A stretch of DNA of 64,000 nucleotides from Negaprion brevirostris (GCA_030324005.1 JARDVH010000001.1:143563196-143627195); one strand, 5' to 3'; positions 1 through 13,083 are shown, counted from the stretch's first letter. Numbers and translations are program-made. The notes: a model not told the origin generated them from the letters alone.

Positions 1-177
1 GATCACAGGTCTCAAAATGCTTTGCAACCAATTAAATATATTTGAAGTGTAGTCACTGTGGTAATGCAGGAAATGTGGGCAGCCACTGTGCACAGCAAGC
101 TCCCACACCAGCAATGTGATAATGACCAGATAATCTGTCTTTGTCACATTGATTGAGGGATGAATTGTGATCAGAAC
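1..177 (-). mobile_element. Deu-domain SINE fragment (SacSINE1/AmnSINE-like)
   Basis: Reverse complement matches the Deu core ACAGATTATCTGGTCATTATCACATTGCTG-TGTGGGAGCTTGCTGTGCAC...CAGTGACTACACTTCAAA. Confidence 0.8.
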
Positions 178-660
178 ATAGAGTCAGAGAGGTTTACAAC
201 ATAGGAACAGGCCCTGAGGCTTGTTCATGCCACCCAGCTTTTACCATTAAGCTAGTCCTAATTGTCCGCATTTGACCTACATCACTCTATACCTATCTTA
301 CCCATGTAACTGTCTAAATGTTTTTTAAAAGACAAAATTGTACCCACCTCTGACAGCTCATTCCAGACCTCACCCTGTGTATGAAAAAATTGCCTGTGTA
401 CCCTTCTGTATCTCTCCCCTTTCACCTTAAACTTACACCCCCTAGTTTTGGACTCCCCTACCTTTGGAAAAAGATGTTGACTATCTACCTTATCTAAGCC
501 CCTCATTATTTTATAGACCTCTATAACACCACTCCTAAGCCATCTACGCTCCAGGGAAAATAGTCCCAGTCTGTCCAGTCTCTCCTTATAACTCAAACCA
601 TCAAGTCCCAGTAGCATCCTGGTAAATCTTTTCTGCACTGTTTCTAGTTTAATAATATCA
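178..660 (-). mobile_element. CR1 (HER1-like) LINE 3' end, 5'-truncated
   Basis: ORF 282-752 contains the CR1 ORF2 C-terminus VQKRFTRMLLGLDGLSYKERLDRLGLFSLERRWLRSGVIEVYKIMRGLDKVD...KTRG, followed by the 3' UTR. Confidence 0.92.
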
Positions 661-1784
661 TACATGATGCAAAAACAGACTGTACACTTATTTCCAGCCC
701 AACGGTTCAATTCAAACCATACCAAGCATTTTAATTTTAGAAGAATTTCCACTGCAAAAAGTCAAGCTCTCAAAAAGAGGCATAAACTGGACCCAGAAAT
801 GAAGCTGTGCCAAATTGAATATGGATTTCTTACAGTTGCACACACTATTTAAGTACATTAATAGAACATTTTGTATATAAATGTTATATATTAAAACTAT
901 TTATATATACAAAGTGCACCAGATAGTGATGTAAATAATATTCTTGCTCAGTTTCTCTTGCAACATATTTACACCTCCTGTTTAATTAAGGAAAATGTAC
1001 TTATATGAATGCAAGATACAATACTGCCCATCAGATCCTTTTAAATATTACCCCAACTGCAGTAGTTGCAAGAGCTCTGGAACACTGCACCAAGTGCTCC
1101 ATTTTATGTTCACTAATGCAATGAGGTAATCTATGTGGTTTCAAAATGCAATCCAACTCACAGTCCATTATGTCAATCCCCTGATGGAATAAAGTATCAA
1201 TGCTCACAGAAGCTGATTAGTTTATTAATACCAGTCCAGAATCTAAAAGATACAGCATCATTTGGAAAGGTGACATTTACGTACACCAAGTTTGTACTAA
1301 AAATCACATCTGGATGAAATGTGCGCAATTTATATTCATATGAAAGGTGATAACCGGAAATACCACTTATCAGGACATCTAGTTGGCTCCCTTTCCTTTT
1401 AGGAACTATTGCATCATCAAGAATCGCATTAATCAAGATTTTTCTCTTTACAAAGATGCATTTCCTACTTTTACCTTGAATAGAACCTTTTGCTATCATG
1501 TAGGTACAATCATAAAATTATCAAATTTTGCAACACGCAGTGCTTCGGTTGGGCCTTAAAAGAGTCCCATTACACTTGTAATGTGGCTCCATCAAAAATA
1601 ATGCATCTTGTGTCTTCATATACAAGTAGCCTGAGGACCAATGATGTATCTGGTTCCAGAAAATCACATCTCAAGTTGGAACCANNNNNNNNNNNNNNNN
1701 NNNNNNNNNNNNNNNNNNNNNNNNNNNNNNNNNNNNNNNNNNNNNNNNNNNNNNNNNNNNNNNNNNNNNNNNNNNNNNNNNNNN

Positions 1785-2710
1785 ACTGCCCTTGACGTCG
1801 AGCCAGCATTTGATAGTGTAGGGCACCCAGGAGCCCTAGAAAAACTAAATTTAATGGGGATCATGGAGGCAAGCTAGTGGTTGGAGACATTTCTGATACA
1901 GAGATGGCTGCGATCAATGGGGCTAGTACATTGTAGCAGGGGCTCCTCTAGGCAGGATCTTTGGTCAAGTTTTCAACAGTGGATTCACCAAGGACCCTCC
2001 CTCTATCGTAAGGTCAGAATTGGGATTCTTCACATTGATTTGTTGCATTCAAGTCCACTCTCAATTTCTCTGGTAAGGAAAAAGTTCATGTATATGTGCA
2101 GCAGGCTTCAATGACAAGAAGTAACAATCATGCCACACAAGTGTTGGGAATGATATCTCCAGCAAGAGTGTCTAACCACCTCCCTAAGAGAGTTAAGCTG
2201 ACATGCCACATTAAAAATCTGTGCCATCAATAGCCAGAAGTCAGATGTGACCAGTAAAATAAATGCCATGATTACATTAGGAAAGCTTTTATACTGTCTA
2301 CAAAGCAGATGAATGAAGCACTTATAAGAATGCCATTCAAGCCCAAAGAGTCCACTTCACTAGCATCCTATAATATTGACCCCACCAACAGCATATTTGG
2401 CTGCATTATGCACTGTATGATGCACTGCAGCAAATCCCCATGGGTTGGGTTCTTTGGCAATCCACAATCTCCAAGAGGACGACGGGGGGCAGTGGACGTG
2501 CAAGACCATTATCACCTCCAGGTTCCCCTCCAAGTCACTGAACAGAGATCATAATTTCTTCATTGCCATGTGGCTAATGTCCTAAAACTCCTTTGGTAGC
2601 AGCAGAATACAACTTAACCATGGACTGCACAATTTCAATAGAACACACCAGCAACTTCCCAAAGGGCAATAAACATAGAAGTGCTGGCACCACCTATATC
2701 GAGAAGATTT
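1785..2710 (+). mobile_element. Decayed CR1-group LINE, second family (RT fragment to 3' tail)
   Basis: Translates TALDVEPAFDSVGHPGALEKLNLMGI (RT motif of the ALDxxxAFDxVWH type). Ends in a degenerate AAGGGCAATAAA tail. Confidence 0.7.
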
Positions 2711-2734
2711 TTTGAAAGCCTTTTCAGTATAGAA

Positions 2735-3480
2735 ATGCACCACAAGGCATAATAGTTTAAAAACAGGTGTGATGCCAAGCCAAAGAAAGAGCTACTTGGA
2801 AGAGAAACCAAGAGCTTGGTCAAAAACATTTTGAGAGGTATAAAAGGATGAGTGGGGAATTTGAGGGTTTATGAATGCAAAGCCTAAATGGTTGGAGCTT
2901 TGTTGTCAATGGTGGGTGAGGTTGGTATGTGATGTTGGTTAGAGTTGCGAGACTTGGAGGTTAGGAACTGGGAAGGGCAAAGAATGAAGGCATTTAAATA
3001 TGATGGTAAGATGCTAAAGTTAAGAGGCACTATGGGCTGATAATATTACTCGGTAAACTGGACAGAATGCTGGCAAAGNNNNNNNNNNNNNNNNNNNNNN
3101 NNNNNNNNNNNNNNNNNNNNNNNNNNNNNNNNNNNNNNNNNNNNNNNNNNNNNNNNNNNNNNNNNNNNNNNNNNNNNNAAGTTTGCAACGAACTGAAGTT
3201 TGCAACGAACTGAAGTTTGCAACGAACTGAAGTTTGCAACGAACTGAAGTTTGCAACGAACTGAAGTTTGCACAGGGCACAGGATAGGAGCTCAACCAGG
3301 TGAGCACTGAATAGTTGAGTAGAGTCTGGAAGTGACAAACAACATGGAGGAAGGTTTCATCGAATCTGATGAAGCCACAGAAACAGAAGATGAGAAACAG
3401 ACACTCTTTGTGATGGAAAATATAAAGGGCTGAACATCTTCCTCTGAGTCAATAGGACACTGAAGTTATGTATCATACGA
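2735..3480 (-). mobile_element. Decayed L2 LINE 3' region
   Basis: Purine-rich segment resembling the antisense L2 3' end (ACCAAGAGCTTGGTCAAAA...GGAAGGGCAAAGAATGAAGGCATTTAAATATGATGGTAAGATGCTAAAGT). Confidence 0.5.
3179..3272 (+). repeat. 17-bp minisatellite (AAGTTTGCAACGAACTG)x5.5, abutting a gap
   Basis: Five exact units plus a partial unit, read directly. The array probably continues into gap 3079-3178. Confidence 0.95.
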
Positions 3481-5290
3481 TCCGATCAAAGATTGACCAG
3501 GAGTAGAACAGAATTATTGGAAAGAAATGGTATTTTGAATAAAAAACAAAGCAATAAATTCTAGAATGTAAGTTTTAAGAAAAAGTTTAGAAACACAACA
3601 ATTCACCAACTATCAGAAAAGCAGGAGAATGTGTGGAGTCAGGGGATGAGCAGCACAGAACCTTGATGCACACGTATTAATGTTTGAATTTGTTCACTGG
3701 CGCAGCGTTGTAAAGTCTAAACCAGATTTGCAAATTCAAAACAAGGCATTTGTAACCGCCATTCGTCATAACTTGAACATAGTAAAGTCGAGGACTGCCT
3801 ATACTTGCAACTCATAAGGAAAAATATTGAGTACATCTGCATCTTTGTAACAAATCACTGCCCACTGCATTTGCATGGTAAATACTTGTTTATCTACGTC
3901 ATGGGTTTAAATTCACAACTGTGTGGAAAGTGTTGGTTAGCGTTTGCCAATTTCTTGCTCGGTGTACACACTCATGATTTGGAAAGCTTTGGGTTTTTTC
4001 CCCACAATATTGTCAGTACAGATTGGGTGGCTGGGAAGATGATTAATGGCTGAGTTGTAATTTCTAACCATTACTGGTATTGATTGATACTTAACATTTT
4101 AGTGCTGTGGCAGCCAACTTGTTGATTAACTATTCTATCAATTATTCAAGTGATGTATTCAAATATTTGGATACGCAAAGTTATTAAAACAGTGCAATAA
4201 AACTTCCTGGTGAAAAGGTGGATTTGAATCCATACATTCTTACATCTAGCTAACCAAATGGAGTTTTTCAGCCAAAGGCCATGAATTTTCCATCTGGTTA
4301 CTGAAGATAACAGTACACTCTTACACTCCACTACCTTTAACCATCTGGATGATTCTAATACATTCAGGATACCTCATAAGCAAAGTTGAATGGGCACATG
4401 ACTTTTTCCACAGTAAAACTAATGCATGGTGGAATTTTAAACCACACGATTTAATTAAAAGTTTTATTTGTGTCACCAGGAATCACGTCTGAGAAAAAGT
4501 TGGATAAAGGGGTTTATTACAAGCAGAAAGCTGAATTGCAATTCAGTGTCTGTTACAACCCTGCCTAGTGGCAGCTGAAACTTACAATAAATACCACCCT
4601 GAGCTTTTGACTCTTGGATCTTACGTAGCTGGTTTACAGNNNNNNNNNNTCCCTCTTGAACACGATAAAGGTCCCGAAGTATGAGGGGTCTTAACTGACA
4701 CAATAAAACTGCCTCTAAATGCAGCAATGTTATTGTTCAATAGTTGGGTTAGGTTTTAAAATGCTCCATTACCTTACATTATACTCCAAGTTTAATTAGA
4801 AAAGATTGCCATTGCTGAAGAAAATCCTCTTTTTCATCTTTCAAAGCTTAATTATCAAGAGGACACTCCCAAGTTTAGGAAATTTTATGGTTGATATTTG
4901 TTCCTTTGAGAGCAGTGAAGCTTATGCTATACAAAGATTTTAGAATCATCGTTCACTTAAATCTATGCAAGTTATTCACATAAATAGCCTTGTATTAAAA
5001 TGTTATCCTATTATGTATGAACATGCAGCTTTCACACTTAGAAAAATAAAGGATTTTTAACCTACTACCTAGAGCCATCATGTTCTAAACAGTGTAGGAT
5101 TGGAGGCAGGGAATCATCTGCACCAGCCACTAAGAGATCCAACTTAACCCAGCAGCACAAAACGTGAATGCACTTTGCTTTCAAAGTGTAACTGCAGCAG
5201 ATGTGCAGGGTTTTCCCATCTTCAATTAGTCCCAGTTAGTGACTGGGTAGTATGTATAACAAATTAGATTCAGCACTTCTGCAGTCGGAT

Positions 5291-6187
5291 TGTGATGACA
5301 TAGTGCCTTTAAGAAAGGCATTTTAGTTGTGTTTCTTACTCAAGATCTGTTCTATGCATTCGGAGTCATAGGCTGAACTCTACCACATGCCCACCATGGA
5401 ATCCACACGGGCGAGGGTTCGACAATGGAAACGTCCATTCTGTCTGTATACAGCTGCACTATATTGTTACTGCAGCAGCGTAATTGGTACAATGTTTGTT
5501 TTAATCTGAACTAATGCAGCGCTCTGTTGCTGTGTCTCTTCCCTGGGAATATTGCAGAGTAGGACTTGACAGGGCTGTTTGACAGCAAAGGCCAAATGAC
5601 TGTGTGGGGCTAGGATTTCACAGAGAACTCAAAGCAGTCTACTACTTTTTTGCATCTTTAGGAAGAGGTAGCTCTCCTTGTAACTCTTGCTCTCTGAGGT
5701 CTGGAGGTTAGAATCTGCTAGAGAATAATTTTGAGATTCTGCTGTTTGGGGGGTGGAGCTTTCTCTAGAGGTTGCTGTATGAGAATTAGAAGACAAGTAT
5801 CTGTCTGGCTCACTCTTCAGAGCTGTCAGAAGGCCAGAAATCTAGTACCTACATAAGTTTCTTTAGTTTCTGTGCTAACTGGTTGAAAAGAAGGGATTTA
5901 TGTCTATGTGGGGATACTACTAAATTAGGGCAAAGAGATGGCTAGCTGTTAAAGATATAAACTTTGCCATGTTTAACTATTTCAATTGGTAAAAGTTACG
6001 ATAATTCTTTTTATTACCTTCTGTGTTCTTAAATAAAGTTTGTTTTGATGAAAGCTTTCTAGCATGTCATTGGAATCATACCTGCAGTGAAACACAATGC
6101 TCACCCTAATGCCAAAATCAAAAGTAAAAGTCATGGTCTAGGCTAACTTCACAAAATACCTTGGAGTTTCTGATCTGGTCCTTAACA
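5291..6187 (+). mobile_element. Probable solo LTR (Gypsy-like)
   Basis: Termini are TGTGATGA...CTTAACA (TG..CA) with AATAAA at about 6032. The flanking 4-mers GGAT/TGAT are consistent with a decayed 4-bp TSD. No internal gag/pol. Confidence 0.55.
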
Positions 6188-7774
6188 TGATGCAAGTCTC
6201 TGTACCTTGCGGACATTGTGACTGTAACTGAAGTCACAACCTATCTTCAGCTGCGTATTCTGACCAGGTTGACAAAACCACCTGCATGTGAATGAGTTAA
6301 AATGGGTTTTTAATGCAGAATCATGGATCCCAACTTTTGTTCTATTGCTGAAACAGGAAAGGTAACACGCCTTTCAGTTACTCTTACAGCCCGGTAAGAA
6401 TACAACTTGTAATAGTAGAAAACACCTGTTTAATGGTGAATTGATGTCTTTGACCATTACATATGCATATAGTAAGTGTTTTTATGTAGGGAGCAGATGC
6501 ATCTTAAAGGGTATTAGACATCAAGGATACAGTCACGTTATGATTTAAAATAATAGAATCACAAGGACAGAATGGTATGTTACATTAAAGCTCATTTTGC
6601 AGCACAATTTTAAAACGTGACTGCATATTAGTGTGCAAGTTGACTTTTGCAGCTGTACACAAAATGTGATTGTTTTTCAAATTCATTTTTCAAAAAAATT
6701 CCCTCAAAAGTTGCGCCCACATTTTTATCTTGTCCTACAGAAGGCTTGGAGTTTCCAAGCTCCTTTGGTATTCATAGATTAAGGATAATTATTTAAATTG
6801 TTGTGCATTTAACATTACAGGGACCAGTAATACGTTGCTGATGCAACTCTAATGTTTAGGGTTGGGGATGTAGAGGGGAAATCGAGCCGTGAATGGTTTC
6901 CAAAGATCACTGTCAATGCTGCACTATTCTGCCTGGGGATCAGCAATTACTACATCATGCCAATAATGCAGTTTGATACTTGAAAAATAGTACACTGGCA
7001 CTGTGTCAAGAACTTCAACATGATCTTCCAAACTGAAGTGACTGAGTGCACAATCTAATAGTCAAAATGCATGCTCAGACCCACTGACTGAAAATAGAGC
7101 AACTCATTACTGCAGCAGCAAAATACAGCTATGGGTCAAAACCACTTCCAAACATCCTTGTGTGGACACTACCAAAGGCAGTCCCAAATGTGTGAGGAAC
7201 GTTGTGACAAAACAATAGACAGTACAGAAGAGCTGTGCATCAGAACGCTCAAAGAAACCTCTCTCTGCCAAAAAAAGATAAACAACTGAGGTTAGTCAGA
7301 TCAACTTTACCATAGACTTGGTAAAGAGGCACCTCTGGATCAGTAATGACTAACATTCATAGAAAATTAGGTTATAGCACCATGAGTCATTTGCAGCACA
7401 GCATGGTCCTAAGAATGGACAAGAAATGCTGAACTCGGAGCTGGNNNNNNNNNNNNNNNNNNNNNNNNNNNNNNNNNNNNNNNNNNNNNNNNNNNNNNNN
7501 NNNNNNNNNNNNNNNNNNNNNNNNNNNNNNNNNNNNNNNNNNNNNNNNNNNAATCTTGAGCATAAACAATAGGATTTTTAAGTAAAATCACGAAACCAGA
7601 CTTCCATGTATAAAAGTAGTCAACATTTTTAAGAAGATTAAATCATTTTAATGTGAATAGTTTCCCTGCATTGGCTTTTGCTACTAGATCAACACATTTT
7701 ACCATTAGGTTAACAATTAGCTGCTGGGCAAATCAGATGACTTCTTCAGAAAAAACAGCAAACACAAGCTAGGG

Positions 7775-7895
7775 GTAAAACTTGAAAATTCTTATCCTGT
7801 GATTAAATCCCTCCATGTCTTCACAACATTTGTGTAACTGCCTTCAGCCCGACAACCCTACAAGATATCTGTGCTCCTACAAATTTGGCCTTTTT
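7775..7895 (+). mobile_element. L2 ORF2 C-terminal fragment
   Basis: AAAATTCTTATCCTG...AAATCCCTCCATG...CTTCAGCCCGACAACCCTACAAGATATCTGTGCTCC, i.e. KILIL..KSLH..LQPDNPTRYLCS. Confidence 0.55.
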
Positions 7896-8266
7896 CACTC
7901 CTTCTAGTGTCTGGACACGTGGTTGTTGAACATGGAAATGCAGAAGTTGCCATTAGTAATACCACACATTGCCAGAGGGTCTGAGACTGAGATCCTTAGA
8001 ACTGATGAGAATTTCACCTTTTACCTGCTATCATTATCAAAAGAATTCAAAAAGGTTATGCCTTGTTAGTGTACAACATTGTGACTACTACTGAAGAACT
8101 TCGTTGTCCTGGAAAAAGATTTTTTTTTTGTAATGTCAGATTTTTTCATTCTGATACATTTTCAAGTTTTAAAAGAATATTTTTGTTAAAATGCTTCAGT
8201 TTCTAATGTGTATCCCCCCAATCACTTATTTTACTCTGCAAAAACATCTAAAACGTGAAAGATAAT

Positions 8267-8786
8267 GGGGATGATCTTTCCATTCTGCAATGCTAATTTT
8301 TTTTAAACGCAGCAGGCCAGGGGAATCTCGCTGCAGGGTGATGTGTGGTATCACACATGCATTCCTGCCGCGATGGCATCTCCCAGTGATGGATTTCTGG
8401 CAGCGTCAAATCCACGCCGGAAACTGGTGGGGAGGCGCGGAAATGATTTGAATGTCAAGTTAAATTGTTTTTAAATANNNNNNNNNNNNNNNNNNNNNNN
8501 NNNNNACCACCACCACTGCAAGGGAGAGGTAAAAGTGGGTGTCACACAGCTGGCGGTGCAGGGATTGTGGGACTGCTCAGCAAATCAGGAGGCCAACAGC
8601 GTGAGGCCATTGTGCATGTGCCGATCTCCTGGGTGGGAATACACCATGCCCCCTGAATTATGTTATATACTCCAGTGCACACTGTGTGAGAGATTCTTCT
8701 CTGAACTCCCGCTGAAAATAAACAGTGTGAATTACTCAATTTTTCACGTGAATTCAACACTTAGTTTTTCTGGGAGAATTCCAGCC
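8267..8786. mobile_element. Non-autonomous PIF/Harbinger-type MITE
   Basis: Imperfect terminal inverted repeats GGGGATGATCTTTCC / GGGAGAATTCCAGCC resemble the GGGTGGAATTTTAC end of the Harbinger at 43685. The interior is richer in GC and CpG than the flanks. Confidence 0.5.
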
Positions 8787-9069
8787 AGTGCTTGCTGATA
8801 AATTATTTCACACAAGCGATCAAGATGAGTGAATTCATTTTCAAAATGTCACATCAACCAGCCAGTGCTTAAATCACTACACTGTCATCTCACAACAATC
8901 TCCATCAATCAAGATTCGGAATTAACTTGCATATGTTTTCACACACATACACACACAGCTTTGTTGCAAACCTCAAACCCACATCATTCTGCCTATTGTA
9001 AGCAATCAAGCCATCACAGCCACATCAGCCAAACAGATTTCATGACATTGACACATTTCCCTCTCTTGC

Positions 9070-9155
9070 CAGAGAACATGGTATACAACCAAAAGCAGCA
9101 GGGATTAACCAGTGGTGGATTTGCGTGCTTGCATGCTTTAAGCCCCATGCAGGTG
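9070..9155 (+). pseudogene. Remnant of Harbinger Myb/SANT (NAIF1-like) accessory gene, exon-2-like segment
   Basis: A pyrimidine tract with CAG precedes ENMVYNQKQQGLTSGGFACLHALSPMQ, which resembles the EKxAHNxRExxxTGGG...LTPxE motif. It lies convergent to the transposase. Confidence 0.45.
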
Positions 9156-9879
9156 ACTATATGCTCATGCCTAATCCTCCTCATTATTTCCCAATTCCCC
9201 TCAATCCACAATCTCTTCTGACTTACAAGAGTGAAAATAGTCTAAGTTTGCACCTGTCCCACAGCACATTACCAGAATTGCTGAAATGCCACCTGGTGAG
9301 AGTGGCAGTGGCCACATGGAGCAGAGGCCTGCTGTCCTCCCTCAGAATAACAACATTTGTGCTACAACACATTACCATTGCCCTCGTTCTTGCCTGTTAG
9401 TCACCTAGCCTGGACTGTTGTACCCATGCAGAAATAACGTAATCTGAAGATGATCTTCCCGGTTCAAAGTTACTTGAGGTTTTCTTTCAAGGCCATCTTC
9501 GCACAGGACATGGAAGACAGGCACTAAAGGAATGCACGAGCATGATTACTTTCTGTGTATACAATGTGGTATAATTTATTTATAAATTTGCTGTGGAATG
9601 TTTATTTTATACTGCTTTAATTTTTGCATCATGGCCAGGTGGATGTTGTGAAGGTTAGTGACAGAGGCAAAACAAGTAGTGTGGTACTGGTGAGTGGGGA
9701 AAGGAGGCTGAAGTTACCGGTGTTACACGTGACTTAGTTCTTCACTAACGATCTGGGAAGAAAGGGTCTGTCTTGATTACCACTTCCTTTTCTTCCACAT
9801 CCTGCTCCTCCTCTGCTGGCTCATCAGCATCTTACCCAAGAGAGCTGTCTCTCCTCATGAAAGCAAACCTTCAAACCCA

Positions 9880-10740
9880 TTAAGCCAAGTACTGCAGGAC
9901 TCCTCAGAATGGTCCAGGTAATGGAATAGTTGCTCCACCATGCCAAATGGTCTGCTCTGCCTTGTGGTAACATGGCTTTTATTGTATTGCATGCTGCGTA
10001 CATGTGCGTGAATTGCATGGCAGAGTCATCATCAGATGGTCAGCAGATAGCCCTGGTCACCCATTATCCACCCTGCAGTTTGCTGTGGTGGCTGAAATGC
10101 AGCTGGCATAGTGGACTGTCACAAAACAAAGGCATCTTCTGTTGCCAGAGTACCAGGCAGTGATCTGTATGACATATACATGTAGTCACAAACAAGCTTG
10201 ACAGTGAGTGAATCACAAAGTTTCTGGCACAGAACAAGACCACTTGGCCCATCATGTCTGTACTGGTGGAAAATGAGCCACCCAGCCTAATCCCACTTGG
10301 AAAGGAATCCTTTTCCTTTCAATACATGGTAGGGCTGGCTGACTTTGGCATCTGCAAAGCAATGCAGTCAACATCAAACTGGACCCTGAGGAAAGTCTGA
10401 AAACTGTTGTCTTTGCTTCTTTTTGGAAAGAGGGGCTGGAATAAAGTCATTCTTTGAAAATTTGTCTTTGAACAGAGCATCTTAATGATCTCCTAATTGC
10501 AACAGTAGATGGCAAACTGTGAGATCTTGCTATTATCTCAAGCAACAGCTTGGAAGGAGCCAGACTCAAAAAAATCTCTGCCAAGATCTGGACATTGGGA
10601 GTTGGGGCAGCAGCAGTTTGCAGATTTCAGCCTCCTTAGTGAAGCACTGAGCCTTCAAACATCGGCTGTTGCTGAACAGAACACCTTGGGTCAATGTGGC
10701 CTCCTGCTGAGTGCCCTTCCCTCACTCCTAAGAATTTGTC
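9880..10740 (-). pseudogene. Decayed PIF/Harbinger DDE transposase (HARBI1-like)
   Basis: Frame-broken translation gives RALSRRP..FTKEA EICKLLLPQL..FFESGSFQAVA*DNSKISQFAIYCC..KGF/HSLTVKLVCD..DAFVL*QSTMPAAF..GWIMGDQGYLL..YNKSHVTTR..EQTI..LDHS..LQY, in HARBI1 motif order. Confidence 0.85.
10211..10298 (-). mobile_element. CR1/HE1 3' tail inserted in the Harbinger transposase
   Basis: CACAGAACAAGACCACTTGGCCCATCATGTCTGTACTGG...CAGCCTAATCCCACTT separates the KGF and HSL motifs. Confidence 0.65.
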
Positions 10741-10834
10741 TTGTTGTACATCATTGCAACCATCCTTATTCTGTTTTAGCTGTGTTGTTGGCACCACAGA
10801 TTAATATCCATATTCTGTGAACATGTATATGGCA

Positions 10835-10930
10835 ATGACCAAGGTTCATCCAGACTTGACACCGTGGCCCTATTGTTTCTTCATAGATGCGGTCAGACCT
10901 GTTGAGATTTTCCAGCATTCTTTGTTTTTG
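10835..10930 (+). mobile_element. Penelope-like pseudo-LTR fragment
   Basis: AAGGTTCATCCAGACTTGACACCGTGGCCCTATTG...AGATGCGGTCAGACCTGTTGAGATTTTCCAGCATT is homologous to 28685-28783. Confidence 0.65.
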
Positions 10931-11283
10931 TAGTATATGTTTAACAATAGGTACACCAGATATGACCTGCTGATACAGTAGACTGATGAGAAAAACTTAT
11001 AAATAGAAATAATCTAAAGGTAGGCCTTGCAGATTTCCAGTAAAGTGGTTGTGACCATTTCCTTTGGCAACTTGTTTCATTGCGGTATTGTTTTTGGGAA
11101 GAAAGATTATTAACACATTTATCTTGGAAATAAATGTTCTTTCAATTTGTGTGGATGGCTGCCTCATGTTTGGTCATTTGTGCTTGGTTTGGTCAATTCT
11201 CACCAATCCATTCCATATTTCATTGAACACAGCCATCTATTTTTCTCCCAGTCATGCAGGTCTCCCCTCAGCCTCTGTCAACT

Positions 11284-11695
11284 AGGATTGTTTTCACTGG
11301 AAAGACAGAGGCTGACGGGAGGCTTGATAGAGGTCTACAAAGTTATGAGAGGCATAGACGGTGTGGATAGTCAGTGGCTTTTCCCCAGGGTGGAAGTGTC
11401 AATTACAAGGGGGCACAGGTTCAAGGTGACAGGCGGGGGAAGTTTAAGGAAGATGTGTGGGGAAGTTTTTCACTCAGAGTGGTGGGTGCTTGGAATGCGC
11501 TGCCAGAGGAAGTGGTGGAAGCAGACACATGAGCAACATTTAAGAGACATCCGAAAGGAAACATGAATAGGGAGGGAATAGAGAGATACGGACTGAGTAA
11601 AGGCAGAAGGTTTTTTAGGTTTGGTTTAGGCAACATGATTGGCAAAGGCTTGGAGGGCCAAAAGGGCCTTTTCCTAGGCTATACTTTTCTTCATT
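11284..11695 (+). mobile_element. CR1 LINE 3' end
   Basis: LGLFSLERQRLTGGLIEVYKVMRGIDGVDSQWLFPRVEVSITRGHRFKV plus the 3' UTR GGCTTGGAGGGCCAAAAGGGCC. Confidence 0.92.
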
Positions 11696-13083
11696 CTTCA
11701 CATTGCAAGAAAAAGGAAGTCTTGAAGTCAGCAAAATACCCCTTCTGCACCTGTCACACTCTGCTTGTAGGCTGTTGCCTTTAAGGGAGCACCATACATA
11801 TGTATAATAGCATAACACACATTAGAAATCAATCAGCAACTAACACATAACATAGTGGATGATCCATTTCTTTTCGCCCTGCTGGGAAGGCAGGGGGTAT
11901 ATTCTTCCTACTGCTTAATGCATTCAGCTATGCAAGGTTAAGAGAGGCCATTGGCTGGAATGTTGAACTCCAAAATAGCAGTGCTGGTACCAAAACAATG
12001 CTGCAAGCTGATTGCAGAGTGGGCAGATCATGGTGTCAGAGAGGGGAAAAGGAGAGCAGTGGTAAAAAAATCTCTCTTCTCATTTTGACACCAAGAGGAC
12101 ATTTTCGAGGTCAGAAAACAGAATGCAAACTACAACATGGTGACATTTAGCACTGAGCATCTTGGGGTCAAACATTTCAAACTCTGATTAAACCACCTCA
12201 GTCTGCAGCCTCAGCACATGACAGGACAAAAATAACACCAATCAAACCACATTTCGCACCTACCAAAAACAAACTGTTAACAATTTAACCAAATAAACCA
12301 ACCAGCTCTTAGTCTCCAAATAGGCGTGACTAAGCAAAGGTCTCAGGCGGTCAGCAGATGAAAAAGTTGCATATTACCAAACAGGACAAAAGAGAAATTC
12401 ACTGAAACTTTTCAAATCACATCAGAAATGGAATCTGTCATACACAATCCAATCTTTTCAAACTATTTGAGCATTTAGGTACCAAATGGTAATTAAAGAC
12501 TGAGCGCACTTACTCTAAAATGTTTCCCAGATTCACATCAGCACTTCAAGTTCTATTTTTAAACAATCAGTTGAACAAAGGTGCAGCTGCACTGAAGCAA
12601 GCACTGGCCTAAACAGGAAGAGGAAAACCTGACGCCATCATCACTCCTCAGTTCCAATTGCCTTTTCATCACACCAAGCAACTCTGGGATGTACATCAGG
12701 TAGATGTGGTAAACAAAGCATTCATAATTTATTTACCCACTGCATCCTGTTTAAAAAAAAACCCATCTCCATACAAAGAAAGTTTCCAATTTTTGAACAG
12801 GACATTACCAGGAATTCTTAAAAAGTTTGGTGGGAGAAAGGAGCGATTGCAACAAAGATGTGTGGGGCACGACAGAGAAAAATGTTAATAGCAGCATGAA
12901 GGACTGTGGAAGATGCTGATAGAGGCTTAAAACTATGTTAGCAGAATGTGTTACTAGGAGAACAAAGGTCAGTGGTCAGTGAAAGAAAAGCTTAAGAGCA
13001 AGTGAGAGATTGCCCTGCGAGGGAGGGGCTGTTGTTATCCATGCATCTGATCATTGCAAGTGTGTGTGTTGGCTTATTCGAAT

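Noticed and set aside
1197-1499. 100-aa minus ORF and a possible 19-nt exon near 1162-1180
   Set aside because: No recognisable domain, weak acceptor context and a non-triplet exon length.
3179-3272. CRISPR-like array
   Set aside because: Head-to-tail repeats with no spacers, in a vertebrate context.
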